Source of the DNA: Squalus acanthias
Taxonomy: Eukaryota
Direction of reading: 5' to 3'
Assembly: GCA_030390025.1 (NCBI GenBank)
Contig: CM059432.1
Location: forward strand, 109,184,001-109,248,000
Length of the DNA stretch: 64,000 bases
The notes under the pieces are model-generated. The model had not been told where the DNA came from and did no database searches. It saw only the letters and a list, made by a program, of their open reading frames with translations. The translations under genes were made by a program, and so were the position numbers. Positions 48,931-63,900 of this stretch are shown here, piece after piece. Each line of letters starts with the position of its first letter. The first letter of the stretch is position 1.

Positions 48931-51900
48931 CCATCCGTTATACACCCGCCCATTATACACCCCGTCCGTTATACACCCTGCCCGTTATACACCCCGCCCG
49001 TTATACACCCTGCCCGTTATACACCCCGCCCGTTATACACCCCGCCCGTTACACACCCCGCCCGCTATACACCCTGCCCGTTATACACCCCGTCCGTTAT
49101 ACACCCCGTCCGTTATACACCCTGCCCGTTATACACCCCGCCCGTTATACACCCTGCCCGTTATACACCCCGTCCGTTATACACCCTGCCCGTTATACAC
49201 CCCGCCCGTTATACACCCTGCCCGTTATACACCCCGCCCGTTATACACCCTGCCCGTTACACACCCCGCCCGCTATACACCCTGCCCGTTATACACCCCG
49301 TCCGTTATACACCCCGTCCGTTATACACCCGCCCATTATACACCCCGTCCGTTATACACCCGCCCGTTACACACCCCGTCCGTTATACACTCTGCCCGTT
49401 ATACACCCCGCCCGCTATACACCTCGCCCGTTATACACCCCGTCCGTTATACACCCCGTGATTTACACACCCGCCCATTACACACCCTGCCTGTTATACA
49501 CCCCGCCCGTTATACACCCCGTCCGTTATACACCCCGTCCGTTACACACCCCGCCCGCTATACACACTGCCCGTTATACACCCCGTCCGTTATACACCCT
49601 GTCCGTTATACACCCCGTCCGTTATACACCCTGCCCGTTATACACCCCGTCCGTTATGCACTCCCGTCCGTTATGCACTCCCGCCCGTTATACACCCCGC
49701 CCGTTATACACCCCGCCCGTTATACACCCCGCCCGTTATACACCCCGTCCGTTACACACCCCGCCCGTTATACACCCCGCCCGTTATACACCCCGCCCGT
49801 TATACACCCCGTCCGTTACACACCCCGCCCGTTATACACCCCGCCCGTTATACACCCCGTCCGTTACACACCCCGCCCGTTATACACCCCGCCCGTTATA
49901 CACTCTGCCCGTTATACACTCTGCCCGTTATGCACTCTGCCCGTTATACACCCCACCCGTTATGTACTCTGCCCGTTATACACCCCACCCGTTATACACT
50001 CTGCCCGTTATACACCCCGCCCATTATACACTCTGCCCGTTATACAACCTGCCCGTTATACATCTCGCCCATTATACACTCTGCCCGTTACACACCCAGC
50101 CCGTTATACACCCTGCCCGTTATACACCCCGCCCATTATACACTCTGCCCGTTATACAACCTGCCCGTTATACATCTCGCCCATTATACACTCTGCCCGT
50201 TACACACCCCGCCCGTTATACACCCTGCCCGTTATACACTCTGCCCGTTATACACTCTGCCCTGCCCGTTATACTCCTGCCCGTTACACACCCGCCCGTT
50301 ACACACCCGCCCGTTACACACCTGCCCGTTATACACCCGCCCGTTATACCCCTGCCCGTTATACACCTGCCCGTTATACAACTGCCCGTTATACAACTGC
50401 CCGTTACACACCTGCCCGTTACAAACCCGCCCGTTATACCCCTGCCCGTTATACACCTGCCCGTTACACACCCGCCCGTTACACACCTGCCCGTTACACA
50501 CCCGCCCGTTATAACCCTGCCCGTTACACACCCGCCCGTTATACCCCTGCCCGTTACACACCCGCCCGTTATACCCCTGCCCATTACACACCCGCCCGTT
50601 ACACACCTGCCCGTTATACACCCGCCCATTACACATCTGCCCGTTGCACACCCGCCCGTTACACACCTGCCCGTTACACACCTGCCCGTTACTCACCTGC
50701 CCATTACAAACCCGCCCATTACACACCTGCCCGTTATACACCCGCCCGTTATACACCCCCCCGTTACACACCTGCCCGTTACACACCCGCCCATTACACA
50801 CCTGCCCGTTATACAGCCCGGCCGTTATACACCCCCCCCGTTATACACCCGCCCATTACACACCCGCCCGTTACACACCTGCCCATTATACACACTGCCC
50901 ATTATACACCCCGCCCGTTATACACCCCGCCCGTTACACACCCACCCGTTACACACCCACCCGTTATACACCTGCCCGTTATACACCCCGTCCGTTATAC
51001 ACCCCGCCCATTATACACCCCGCCTGTTATGCACTCTGCCCGTTATACACCCCGCCCATTATACACCCCGCCCGTTATGCACCCCGCCTGTTACACACCT
51101 GCCCATTACACACCCCGCCCGTTACACACCCCGCCCGTTACACACCCCGCCCGTTACACACCCCGCCCGTTACACAACCCGCCCGTTACACACCCCGCCC
51201 GTTACACACCCCACCCATTGTACAGCTGCCCGTTATACACCCGCCCGTTACACACCCGCCCGTTACACACCTGCCCGTTACACACCCGCCCGTTACACAC
51301 CCGTCCGTTACACACCCGCCCGTTACACACCTGCCCGTTGCACACCTGCCCGTTATACACCTGCCCGTTACACACCTGCCCGTTATACTCCTGCCCGTTA
51401 CACACCCGCCCGTTACACACCCGCCCGTTACACACCTGCCCGTTATACACCTGCCCGTTACACACCTGCCCGTTATACTCCTGCCCGTTACACACCCACC
51501 CGTTACACACCCGCCCGTTACACACCCGCCCGTTATACACCTGCACGTTATACACCCGCCCGTTATACCCCTGCCCGTTATACACCCGCCCGTTATACCC
51601 CTGCCCGTTATACACCCGCCCGTTATACCCCTGCCCGTTATACACCCGCCCGTTACACACCCGCCCGTTACACACCCGCCCGTTACACACCTGCCCGTTG
51701 CACACCTGCCCGTTATACACCTGCCCGTTACACACCTGCCCGTTATACTCCTGCCCGTTACACACCCGCCCGTTATACACCCCGCCCGTTATGCACCCTG
51801 CCCGTTATACATCTCGCCCATTATACACTCTGCCCGTTACACACCCTGCCCGTTATACACCCCGCCCGTTATACACCCTGCCCGTTATGGACCCCGCCCA

Positions 51901-54900
51901 TTATACACTCTGCCCGTTATACACCCTGCCCGTTATACACTCTGCCCATTATACACCCCGCCCGTTATACACCCCGCCCGTTATACACTCTGCCCGTTAT
52001 ACACTCTGCCCTGCCCGTTATACTCCTGCCCGTTACACACCCGCCCGTTACACACCCGCCCGTTACACACCTGCCCGTTATACACCTGCCCGTTATACAC
52101 CCGCCCGTTATACACCCGCCCGTTATACCCCTGCCCGTTATACACCTGCCCGTTATACAACTGCCCGTTACACACCTGCCCGTTACACACCCGCCCGTTA
52201 CACACCTGCCCGTTACAAACCCGCCCGTTATACCCCTGCCCGTTATACACCTGCCCGTTACACACCCACCCGTTACACACCTGCCCATTACACACCCGCC
52301 CGTTATACCCCTGCCCGTTACACACCCGCCCGTTATACCCCTGCCCGTTACACACCCGCCCGTTATACCCCTGCCCATTACACACCCGCCCGTTATACAC
52401 CTGCCCGTTATACACCCGCCCATTACACACCCGCCCGTTACACACCTGCCCGTTACACACCTGCCCGTTACTCACCTGCCCATTACAAACCCGCCCATTA
52501 CACACCTGCCCGTTATACACCCGCCCGTTATACACCCCCCCGTTATACACCCGCCCATTACACACCCGCCCGTTACACACCTGCCCATTATACACACTGC
52601 CCATTATACACCCCGCCCGTTATACACCCCGCCCGTTACACACCCACCCGTTACACACCCACCCGTTATACACCTGCCCGTTATACACCCCGTCCGTTAT
52701 ACACCCCGCCCATTATACACCCCGCCTGTTATGCACTCTGCCCGTTATACACCCCGCCCATTATACACCCCGCCCGTTATGCACCCCGCCTGTTACACAC
52801 CTGCCCGTTACACACCCCGCCCGTTACACACCCCGCCCGTTACACACCTCGCCCGTTACACACCCCGCCCGTTACACAACCCGCCCGTTACACACCCCGC
52901 TCGTTACACACCCCACCCATTGTACACCTGCCCGTTATACACCCGCCCGTTACACACCCACCCGTTACACACCTGCCCGTTACACACACCCGCCCGTTAC
53001 ACACCCGCCCGTTACACACCCGCCCGTTACACACCTGCCCGTTGCACACCTGCCCGTTCTACACCTGCCCGTTACACACCTGCCCGTTATACTCCTGCCC
53101 GTTACACACCCGCCCGTTACACACCCGCCCATTACACACCTGCCCGTTATACACCTGCCCGTTACACACCTGCCCGTTATACTCCTGCCCGTTACACACC
53201 CGCCCGTTACACACCCGCCCGTTATACACCTGCCCGTTATACACCTGCCCGTTATACACCCGCCCGTTATACCCCTGCCCGTTATACACCCGCCCGTTAT
53301 ACCCCTGCCCGTTATACACCCGCCCGTTATACCCCTGCCCGTTATACACCCGCCCGTTACACACCCGCCCGTTACACACCCGCCCGTTACACACCCGCCC
53401 GTTGCACACCTGCCCGTTATACACCTGCCCGTTACACATCTGCCCGTTATACTCCTGCCCGTTACACACCCGCCCGTTACACACCCGCCCGTTACACACC
53501 TGCCCGTTATACACCTGCCCGTTACACACCTGCCCGTTATACTCCTGCCCGTTACACACCCGCCCGTTACACACCCGCCCGTTATACACCCGCCCGTTAT
53601 AAACTCCGCCCGTTATACACTCTGCCCGTTATACACCCTGCCCGTTATACACTCCGCCCGTTATACACTCCGCCCGTTATACACTCTGCCCGTTATACAC
53701 CCCGTCCATTATACACCCCATCCGTTATACACCCGCCCGTTATACACCCGCCCGTTATACACTCTGCCCGTAATACACCCCGCCCATTATACACCCTGCC
53801 CATTATACACTCTGTCCGTTATACACACTGCCCGTTATACACTCTGCCCGTTATACACCCCGTCCGTTATACACCCAGCCCGTTACACACCCCGCCCGTC
53901 ACAGACCCCGCCCGTTACACACCCCGCCCGTTATACACCCACCCGTTATACACCCGCCCATTATACACCCGCCCGTTTTACACCCGCCCGTTATACACCC
54001 GCCCGTTATACACCCCGCCCGTTATACAACCACACGTTATACACCCCGCCCGTTATACACCCTGCCCGTTATGCACTCTGCCCGTTATACACCCCGCCCG
54101 TTATACACCCCGCCCGTTATACACCCCACCCGTTATACACCCCGCCCATTATACACCCCACCCGTTATACACCCCGCCCATTATACACCCCACCCGTTAT
54201 ACACCCCGCCCGTTATACACTCTGCCCGTTATACACTCTGCCCGTTATACACCCCGCCCGTTATACACCCCGCCCGTTATACACTCTGCCCGTTATACAC
54301 CCCGCCCGTTATACACCCCGCCCGTTATACACCCCGCCCGTTATACACCCCACCCGTTATACACCCCGCCCATTATACACCCCGCCCGTTATACACCCCG
54401 CCCGTTATACACTCTGCCCGTTATACACCCTGCCCGTTATACACTCTGCCCGTTATACACTCTGCCCGTTATACACCCCGCCCGTTATACACCCCGCCCG
54501 TTATACACTCTGCCCGTTATACACCCTGCCCGTTATACACTCTGCCCGTTATACACCCCGCCCGTTATACACTCTGCTCGTTATACACCCTGCCCGTTAT
54601 ACACTCTGCCCGTTATACACCCCGCCCGTTATACACCCCGCCCGTTATACACTCTGCCCGTTATACACCCTATCCGTTATACACCCCGTCCGTTATACAC
54701 CCGCCCGTTATACACCCCGTCTGTTATACATCCCGTCCGTTATACACCCGTCCGTTATACACCCCGTCCGTTATACACCCCGCCCGTTATACACTCTGCC
54801 CGTAATACACCCGCCCGTTATACACCCTGCCCGTTATACACTCTGTCCGTTATACACGCTGCCCGTTATACACTCTGCCCGTTACACACCCCGTCCGTTA

Positions 54901-57900
54901 TACACCCAGCCCGTTACACACCCCGCCCGTTACACACCCCGCCCGTTATACACCCGCCCATTATACACCCGCCCATTATACACCCGCCCATTATACACCC
55001 GCCCGTTATGCACCCGCCCGTTATACACCCGCCCGTTATACACCTGCCCGTTATACACGCCGCCTGTTATACACCCGCCCGTTATACACCCGCCTGTTAT
55101 ACAGCCTGCCCGTTATACACCCCGCCCGTTATACACCCGCCCGTTATACACCCCGCCCGTTATACACCCGCCCGTTATACACTCGGCCCGTTACACACCT
55201 GCCCGTTATACACCCGCCCGTTATACACCCCCCCGTTATACACCCGCCCGTGACACACTCCGCCGTTACACGCCTGCCCGTTACACAACCTGCCCGTTAT
55301 AAACCCCGCCCGTTACACACCCACCCGTTATATACCTGCCCGTTATACACCCTGCCCGTTATACACCGCGCCCATTATACACTCTGCCCTTTATACACCC
55401 CGCCCGTTACACACCCGCCCGTTACACACCCGCCCGTTGCACACCTGCCCGTTATACTCCTGCCCGTTACACACCCGCCCGTTACACACCCGCCCGTTAC
55501 ACACCTGCCCGTTATACACCTGCCCGTTACACACCTGCCCGTTATACTCCTGCCCGTTACACACCCGCCCGTTACACACCCGCCTGTTACACACCCGCCC
55601 GTTATACACCCGCCCGTTATAAACCCCGCCCGTTATACACTCTGCCCGTTATACACCCCGTCCGTTATACACCCTGCCCGTTATACACTCCGCCCGTTAT
55701 ACACTCCGCCCGTTATACACCCCGTCCATTATACACCCCATCCGTTATACACCCGCCCGTTATACACCCGCCCGTTATACACTCTGCCCGTAATACACAC
55801 TGCCCGTTATACACTCTGTCCGTTATACACACTGCCCGTTATACACTCTGCCCGTTATACACCCCGCCCGTTATACACCCAGCCCGTTACACACCCCGCC
55901 CGTCACAGACCCCGCCCGTTACACACCCCGCCCGTTATACACCCACCCGTTATACACCCGCCCATTATACACCCGCCCGTTTTACACCCGCCCGTTATAC
56001 ACCCGCCCGTTATACACCCCGCCCGTTATACAACCACACGTTATACACCCCGCCCGTTATACACGCCGCCCGTTATACACCCCGCCCGTTATACACCCCG
56101 CCCGTTATACACCCCGCCCGTTATACACCCCGCCCATTATACACCCCGCCCGTTATACACCCCGCCCGTTATACACCCTGCCCGTTATACACTCTGCCCG
56201 TTATACATCCCGCCCGTTATACACCCCGCCCGTTATACACTCTGCCCGTTATACACCCCGCCCGTTATACACTCTGCCCGTTATACACCCGCCCGTTATA
56301 CACCCCGCCCGTTATACACTCTGCCCGTTATACACCCTGCCCGTTATACACTCTGCCCGTTATACACCCCGCCCGTTATACACCCGCCCGTTATACACTC
56401 TGCTCGTTATACACCCTGCCCGTTATACACTCTGCCCGTTATACACCCTGCCCGTTATACACCCCGCCCGTTATACACCCCGCCCGTTATACACTCTGCC
56501 CGTTATACACCCTATCCGTTATACACCCCGTCCGTTATACACCCCGCCCGTTATACACTCTGCCCGTTATACACCCTATCCGTTATACACCCTATCCGTT
56601 ATACACCCTATCCGTTATACACTCTGCCCGTTATACACCCCGCCCGTTATACACCCCGCCCGTTATACACTCTGCCCGTTATACACCCTATCCGTTATAC
56701 ACCCCGTCCGTTATACACCCGCCCGTTATACACCCCGTCTGTTATACATCCCGTCCGTTATACACCCGTCCGTTATACACCCCGTCCGTTATACACCCCG
56801 TCCGTTATACACCCCGCCCGTTATACACTCTGCCCGTAATACACCCGCCCGTTATACACCCTGCCCGTTATACACTCTGCCCGTTATACACCCTGCCCGT
56901 TATACACCCCATCCGTTATACACCCCGCCCGTTATACACTCTGCCCGTTATACACCCTATCCGTTATACACCCTATCCGTTATACACCCCATCCGTTATG
57001 CACCCTGCCCGTTATACACTCTGCCCGTTATACACCCCGCCCGTTATACACCCCGCCCGTTATACACTCTGCCCGTTATACACCCTATCCGTTATACACC
57101 CCGTCCGTTATACACCCGCCCGTTATACACCCCGTCTGTTATACATCCCGTCCGTTATACACCCGTCCGTTATACACCCCGTCCGTTATACACCCCGTCC
57201 GTTATACACCCCGCCCGTTATACACTCTGCCCGTAATACACCCGCCCGTTATACACCCTGCCCGTTATACACTCTGTCCGTTATACACGCTGCCCGTTAT
57301 ACACTCTGCCCGTTATACACCCACCCGTTATACACCCCGCCCATTATACACCCAGCCCGTTACACACCCCGCCCGTTATACACCCACCCGTTATACACCC
57401 GCCCATTATACACCCGCCCGTTATACACCCGCCCGTTATACACGCCGCCTGTTATACACCCGCCCGTTATACACCCGCCTGTTATACAGCCTGCCCGTTA
57501 TACACCCCGCCCGTTATACACCCGCCCGTTATACACTCCGCCCGTTATACACCCGCCCGTTATACACTCGGCCCGTTACACACCTGCCCGTTATACACCC
57601 GCCCGTTATACACCCCCCCGTTATACACCCGCCCGTGACACACTCCGCCGTTACACGCCTGCCCGTTACACAACCTGCCCGTTATACACCCCGCCCGTTA
57701 TAAACCCCGCCCGTTACACACCCACCCGTTATATACCTGCCCGTTATACACCCTGCCCGTTATACACCGCGCCCATTATACACTCTGCCCTTTATACACC
57801 CTGCCCGTTATACACCCCGTCCGTTATACACCCCGTCCGTTATACACTCTGCCCGTTATACACCCCATCCGTTATACACCCCGTCCGTTATACACCCCGT

Positions 57901-60900
57901 CCGTTATACACTCTGCCCGTTATACACCCCATCCGTTATACAACCCGTCCGTTATACACCCTGTCCGTTATACACCCTGCCCGTTATACAGCCCGTCCGT
58001 TATACACCCTGCCCGTTATACTCTCTGCCCGTTATACACCCCGCCCGTTATACACTCTTCCCGTTACACACCCACCCGTTATACACCCCGCCCGTTACAC
58101 ACCCCGCCTGTTATACACCCCGCCCATTATTTTACCCGCCCGTTATACACCCGCTCGTTATACACCCGCCCGTTGTACACTCACCCGTTATACACCCCGC
58201 CCGTTATACACCCACCCGTTATACACCCCGCCCGTTATACACTCTGCCCGTTATACGCCTACCCGTTATACACCCCATCGTTATACACTCTGCCCGTTAT
58301 ATACCCCTCCGTTATACACCCCGTCCGTTATGCACTCTGCCCGTTATACACCCCGTCCGTTTTACACCCTGTCCGTTATACACCCCGTCCGTTATACACC
58401 CCGTCCGTTATACACTCTATCTGTTATACACCCCATCCGTTATACACCCCGTCCGTTATACACCCTGTCCGTTATACACCCTGCCCGTTATACAGCCTGT
58501 CCGTTATACACCCTGCCCGTTATACTCTCTGTCCGTTATACACCCTGCCCGTTATACAGCCTGTCCGTTATACACCCTGCCCGTTATACACTCTGCCCGT
58601 TATACACCCCGCCCGTTATGCACTCTGCCCGTTATATACCCCATCCGTTATACACCCTGTCCGTTATGCACTCTGCCCGTTATACACCCCGTCCGTTATA
58701 CACCCCATCCGTTATACATCCCGTCCGTTATACACCCCGTCCGTTATACACTCTGCCCGTTATATACCCCGTCCGTTATACACCCTGTCCGTTATGCACT
58801 CTGCCCGTTATACACCCCGTCCGTTATACACCCCACCCGTTATACACCCCACCCGTTATACACCCGCCCGTTATACACCCGCCCGTTGTACACCTCGCCC
58901 TTTATACACCCCGCCCGTTATACACCCCGCCCGTTATACACACCGCCCGTTACACACCCCGCCCTTTATACACTCTGCCCGTTACACACCCTGACCGTTA
59001 TACAGCCTGCCCGTTATACACTCTGCCCGTTATACACCCACTCGTTATACACCCACCCGTTACACACCCGCCCGTTATACACCCGCCCGTTATACACCCG
59101 CCCGTTATACACCCCGCCCGTTACACACCCCGCCCATTACACATCTGCCCATTATACACCCAGCCCATTATACAGCCCGACCGTTATACACCCCCCCGTT
59201 ACACACCCCGCCCGTTACACATCTGCCCATTATACACCCAGCCCATTATACAGCCCGACCGTTATACACCCGCCCGTTATACACCCCCCCGTTATACACC
59301 CGCCTGTGACACACTCCGCCGTTACACGCCTGCCCGTTACACAACCCGCCCGTTATAAACCCCGCCCGTTACACACCCACCCGTTATATACCTGCCCGTT
59401 ATACACCCTGTCTGTTATACACCCCGCCCGTTATACACCCTGCCCGTTATACACCGCGCCCATTATACACTCTGCCCGTTATACACCCCATCCGTTATAC
59501 ACCCCGTCCGTTATACACCCCGTCCATTATACACTCTGCCCGTTATCTACCCCGTCCGTTATACACCCCGTCCGTTATGCACTCTGCCTGTTATACACCC
59601 CGTCCGTTTTACACCCTGTCCGTTATACACCCCGTCCGTTATACACCCCGTCCGTTATACACTCTGCCCGTTATACACCCCATCCGTTATACACCCCGTC
59701 CGTTATACACCCTGTCCGTTATACACCCTGCCCGTTATACAGCCCGTCCGTTGTACACCCTGCCCGTTATACTCTCTGCCCGTTATACACCCCGTCCGTT
59801 TTACACCCTGTCCGTTATACACCCCGTCCGTTATACACCCCGTCCGTTATACACCCCGCCCGTTATACACCCCGTCCGTTATACACCCCGTCCGTTATAC
59901 ACCCGTCCGTTATACACCCGCCCGTTATACACCCCGTCTGTTATACAACCCGTCCGTTATACACCCGCCCGTTATACACCCGTCCGTTATACAGCCCATC
60001 CGTTATACACCCCGTCCGTTATACACCCTGCCCGTTATACACTCTGCCTGTTATACACCCCGCCGTTATACACCCACCCGTTATACACCCCGCCCGTTAT
60101 ACACCCCGCCTGTTATACACCCCGCCCGTTTTACACCCGCCCGTTATACACCCACCCGTTGTACACCCGCCCGTTATACACCCGCCCGTTATACACCCGC
60201 CCGTTATACACGCGCCCGTTACACACCTGCCCGTTATACACCCGCCGTTATACACCCCCCGTTATACACCCGCCCGTGACACACTCCGCCGTTATACACC
60301 ACCGCCGTTATACACCCCGCCCTGTTATCACCCCGCCGATTATACACCCTGCCCGTTATACACCCGCTGCCCCCTTATACACCCGCCCGTTATACACCCC
60401 GCCCGTTATACACCCCGCCCGTTATACACCCCTGCCCAGTTATACACCCGCCCGTTACACTACCCGCCCGTTATACCACCCGCCCGTTATACACCCGCCC
60501 TTTATAAGACCCCGCCCTGTTATACACCCCGACCGTTATACACCCCGCCCGTTATACACCCGCCCGTTATACACCGCCCGTTATACACCCCGCCCGTTAT
60601 ACACCCTGCCCGTAATACCCCCGCCCCGTTATTAACCCCGCCCGTTATAACACCGCCCAGTTATATACACTTGCCGTTATACACCCGCCCCGTTATTACA
60701 CCCGCCCGTTATACACCCTGCCCGGTTACCAACACCCGACCCGTTATACACCCGCCTGATATACACCCCGCCCGTTATACACACCGCCCGTTATACACCC
60801 AGCCCGTTATACACCCCACCCGTTATACACCCGCCCGTTATACACCCGCACGTTGTACACCCCGCCCGTTATACACCCCACCCGTTATACACCCGCCCGT

Positions 60901-63900
60901 TATACACCCGCCCGTTGTACACCCCGCCCGTTATACTCCCGCCCGTTATACACCCCGCCCGTTATACACCCCGCCCGTTATACACCCGCCCGTTATACAC
61001 ACCGCCCGTTACACACCTGCCCATACCACCTGCCCGTTATACACCCCACCCGTTATACACACCGCCCGTTACACACCCCGCCCTTTATACACTCTGCCCG
61101 TTACACACCACCCGACGTTATACAGCCTGCCCGTTATACACTCTGCCCGTTATACACCCACTCGTTATACAGCCACCCGTTACACACCCGCCCGTTATAC
61201 ACCCACCCGTTATACACCCCCCCGTTATCCACCCAGCCCGTTACACACCCCGCCCGTTACACATCTGCCCATTATACACCCAGCCCATTATACAGCCCGA
61301 CCGTTATACACCCGCCCATTATACACGCCCCTGTTATACACCCGCCCGTGACACACTCCGCCGTTACACGCCTGCCCGTTACACAACCCGCACGTTATAA
61401 ACCCCGCCCATTATAAACCCCGCCTGTTACACACCCACCCGTTATATACCTGCCCGTTATACACCCTGTCTGTTATACACCCCGCCCGTTATACACCCTG
61501 CCCGTTATACACCCCATCCGTTATACACCCCGTCCGTTATACACCCATACCGTTATACACTCTGCCCGTTATATACCCCGTCCGTTATACACCCCGTCCG
61601 TTATGCACTCTGCCCGTTATACACCCCGTCCGTTTTACACCCTGTCCGTTATACACTCTGCCTGTTATACACCCCGCCCGTTATACACCCTGCCCGTTAT
61701 AGCCCCCGCCTGCTATACACTCTGCCCGTTATACACCCTGCCCGTTATACACCCCGCCCGTTATGCACTCTGCCCGTTATACACCCCATCCGTTATACAC
61801 CCCGTCCGTTATACACCCCGTCCGTTATACACTCTGCCCGTTATATACCCCGTCCGTTATACACCCCGTCCGTTATGCACTCTGCCCGTTATACACCCCG
61901 TCCGTTTTACACCCTGTCCGTTATACACCCCGTCCGTTATACACCCCATCCGTTATACACCCCGTCCGTTATACACCCCGTCCGTTATGCACTCTGCCCG
62001 TTATACACCCCGTCCGTTATACACCCCGTCCGTTTTACACCCTGTCCGTTATACACCCCGTCCGTTATACACCCCGTCCGTTATACACTCTGCCCATTAT
62101 ACACCCCATCCGTTATACACCCCGTCCGTTATACACCCTGTCCGTTATACACCCTGCCCGTTATACTCTCTGCCCATTATACACCCCGCCCGTTATACAC
62201 TCTGCCCGTTATACACCCCGTCCATTATACACCCCATCCGTTATACACCCGTCCGTTATACACCCGCCCGTTATACACCCCGTCTGTTATACACCCCGTC
62301 CGTTATACACCCGCCCGTTATGCACCTGCCCATTATACACCTGCCCGTTACACACCCGCCCATTACACACCTGCCCGTTACACACCTGCCCGTTATACAC
62401 CCGCCCGTTATACACTCTGCCCATTATACACCCCATCCGTTATACACCCCGTCCGTTATACACCCTGTCCGTTATACACCCTGCCCATTATACAGCCCGT
62501 CCGTTATACACCCTGCCCGTTATACTCTCTGCCCGTTATACACCCCGTCCGTTTTACACCCTGTCCGTTATACACCCCGTCCGTTATACACCCCGTCCGC
62601 TATACACCCCGCCCGTTATACACCCCGTCCGTTATACACCCCGTCCGTTATACATCCGTCCGTTATACACCCGCCCGTTATACACCCCGTCTGTTATACA
62701 ACCCGTCCGTTATACACCCGCCCGTTATACAGCCGTCCGTTATACAGCCCATCCGTTATACACCCCGTCCGTTATACACCCTGCCCGTTATACACTCTGC
62801 CTGTTATACACCCCGCCCGTTATACACCCACCCGTTATACACCCCGCCCGTTATACACCCCGCCTGTTATACACCCCGCCCGTTTTACACCCGCCCGTTA
62901 TACACCCACCCGTTGTACACCCCGCCCGTTATACACCCGCCCGTTATACACCCGCCCGTTATACACGCGGCCCGTTACACACCTGCCCGTTATACACCCG
63001 CCCGTTATACACCCCCCCGTTATACACCCGCCCGTGACACACTCCGCCGTTACACGCCTGCCCGTTACACAACCCGCCCGTTATACACCCCGCCCGTTAT
63101 AAACCCCACCCGTTACACACCCACCCGTTATATACCTGCCCGTTATACACCCTGTCTGTTATACACCCCGCCCGTTATACACCCTGCCCGTTATACACCA
63201 CGCCCGTTACACACCCCGCCTGTTATACACCTTCCCGTTACACACCCCGCCGATTATTTTACCCGCCCGTTATACAACCGCTCGTTATACACCCGCCCGT
63301 TGTACACTCACCCGTTATACACCCCGCCCGTTATACACCCACCCGTTATACACCCCGCCCGTTATACACTCTGCCGTTATACGCCTACCCGTTACACAGC
63401 CCGTCCGTTATACACCCACCCATTATACACCCCGCCCGTTATACACCCCGCCTGTTATACACCCGCCCGTTATACACCCGCCTGTTATACAGCCTGCCCG
63501 TTATACACCCCACCCGTTATACACCCGCCCGTTATACACCCGCCCGTTGTACACCCCGCCCGTTATACACCCCACCCGTTATACACCCGCCCGTTATACA
63601 CCCGCCCGTTGTACACCCCGCCCGTTATACTCCCGCCCGTTATACTCCCGCCCGTTATACACCCCGCCCATTATACAACCCGCCCGTTATACACCCGCCC
63701 GTAATACACACCGCCCGTTACACACCTGCCCATTACACACCTGCCCGTTATACACCCCACCCGTTATACACACCGCCCGTTACACACCCCGCCCTTTATA
63801 CACTCTGCCCGTTACACACCCCGACCGTTATACAGCCTGCCCGTTATACACTCTGCCCGTTATACACCCACTCGTTATACACCCACCCGTTACACACCCG

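Noticed and set aside
50216..53589. Minus-strand Cys/Gly-rich ORFs (VCNGR, GCVTG) resembling keratin-associated or metallothionein-like proteins
   Set aside because: They are translations of pure 15-mer satellite domains in which TTACAC removes the TAA stop.
48789..55253. 2154-aa ORF and the other long Pro/Tyr/Thr-rich (PARYT, HPPVI, TRPLY) ORFs in both arrays, resembling extensins or adhesive proteins
   Set aside because: The unit usually lacks stops in all three + frames, so overlapping ORFs arise automatically. Mixed 15/16/17-bp units scramble the frame, there is no codon-position bias or signal peptide, and the ORFs lie inside POU6F2 introns.
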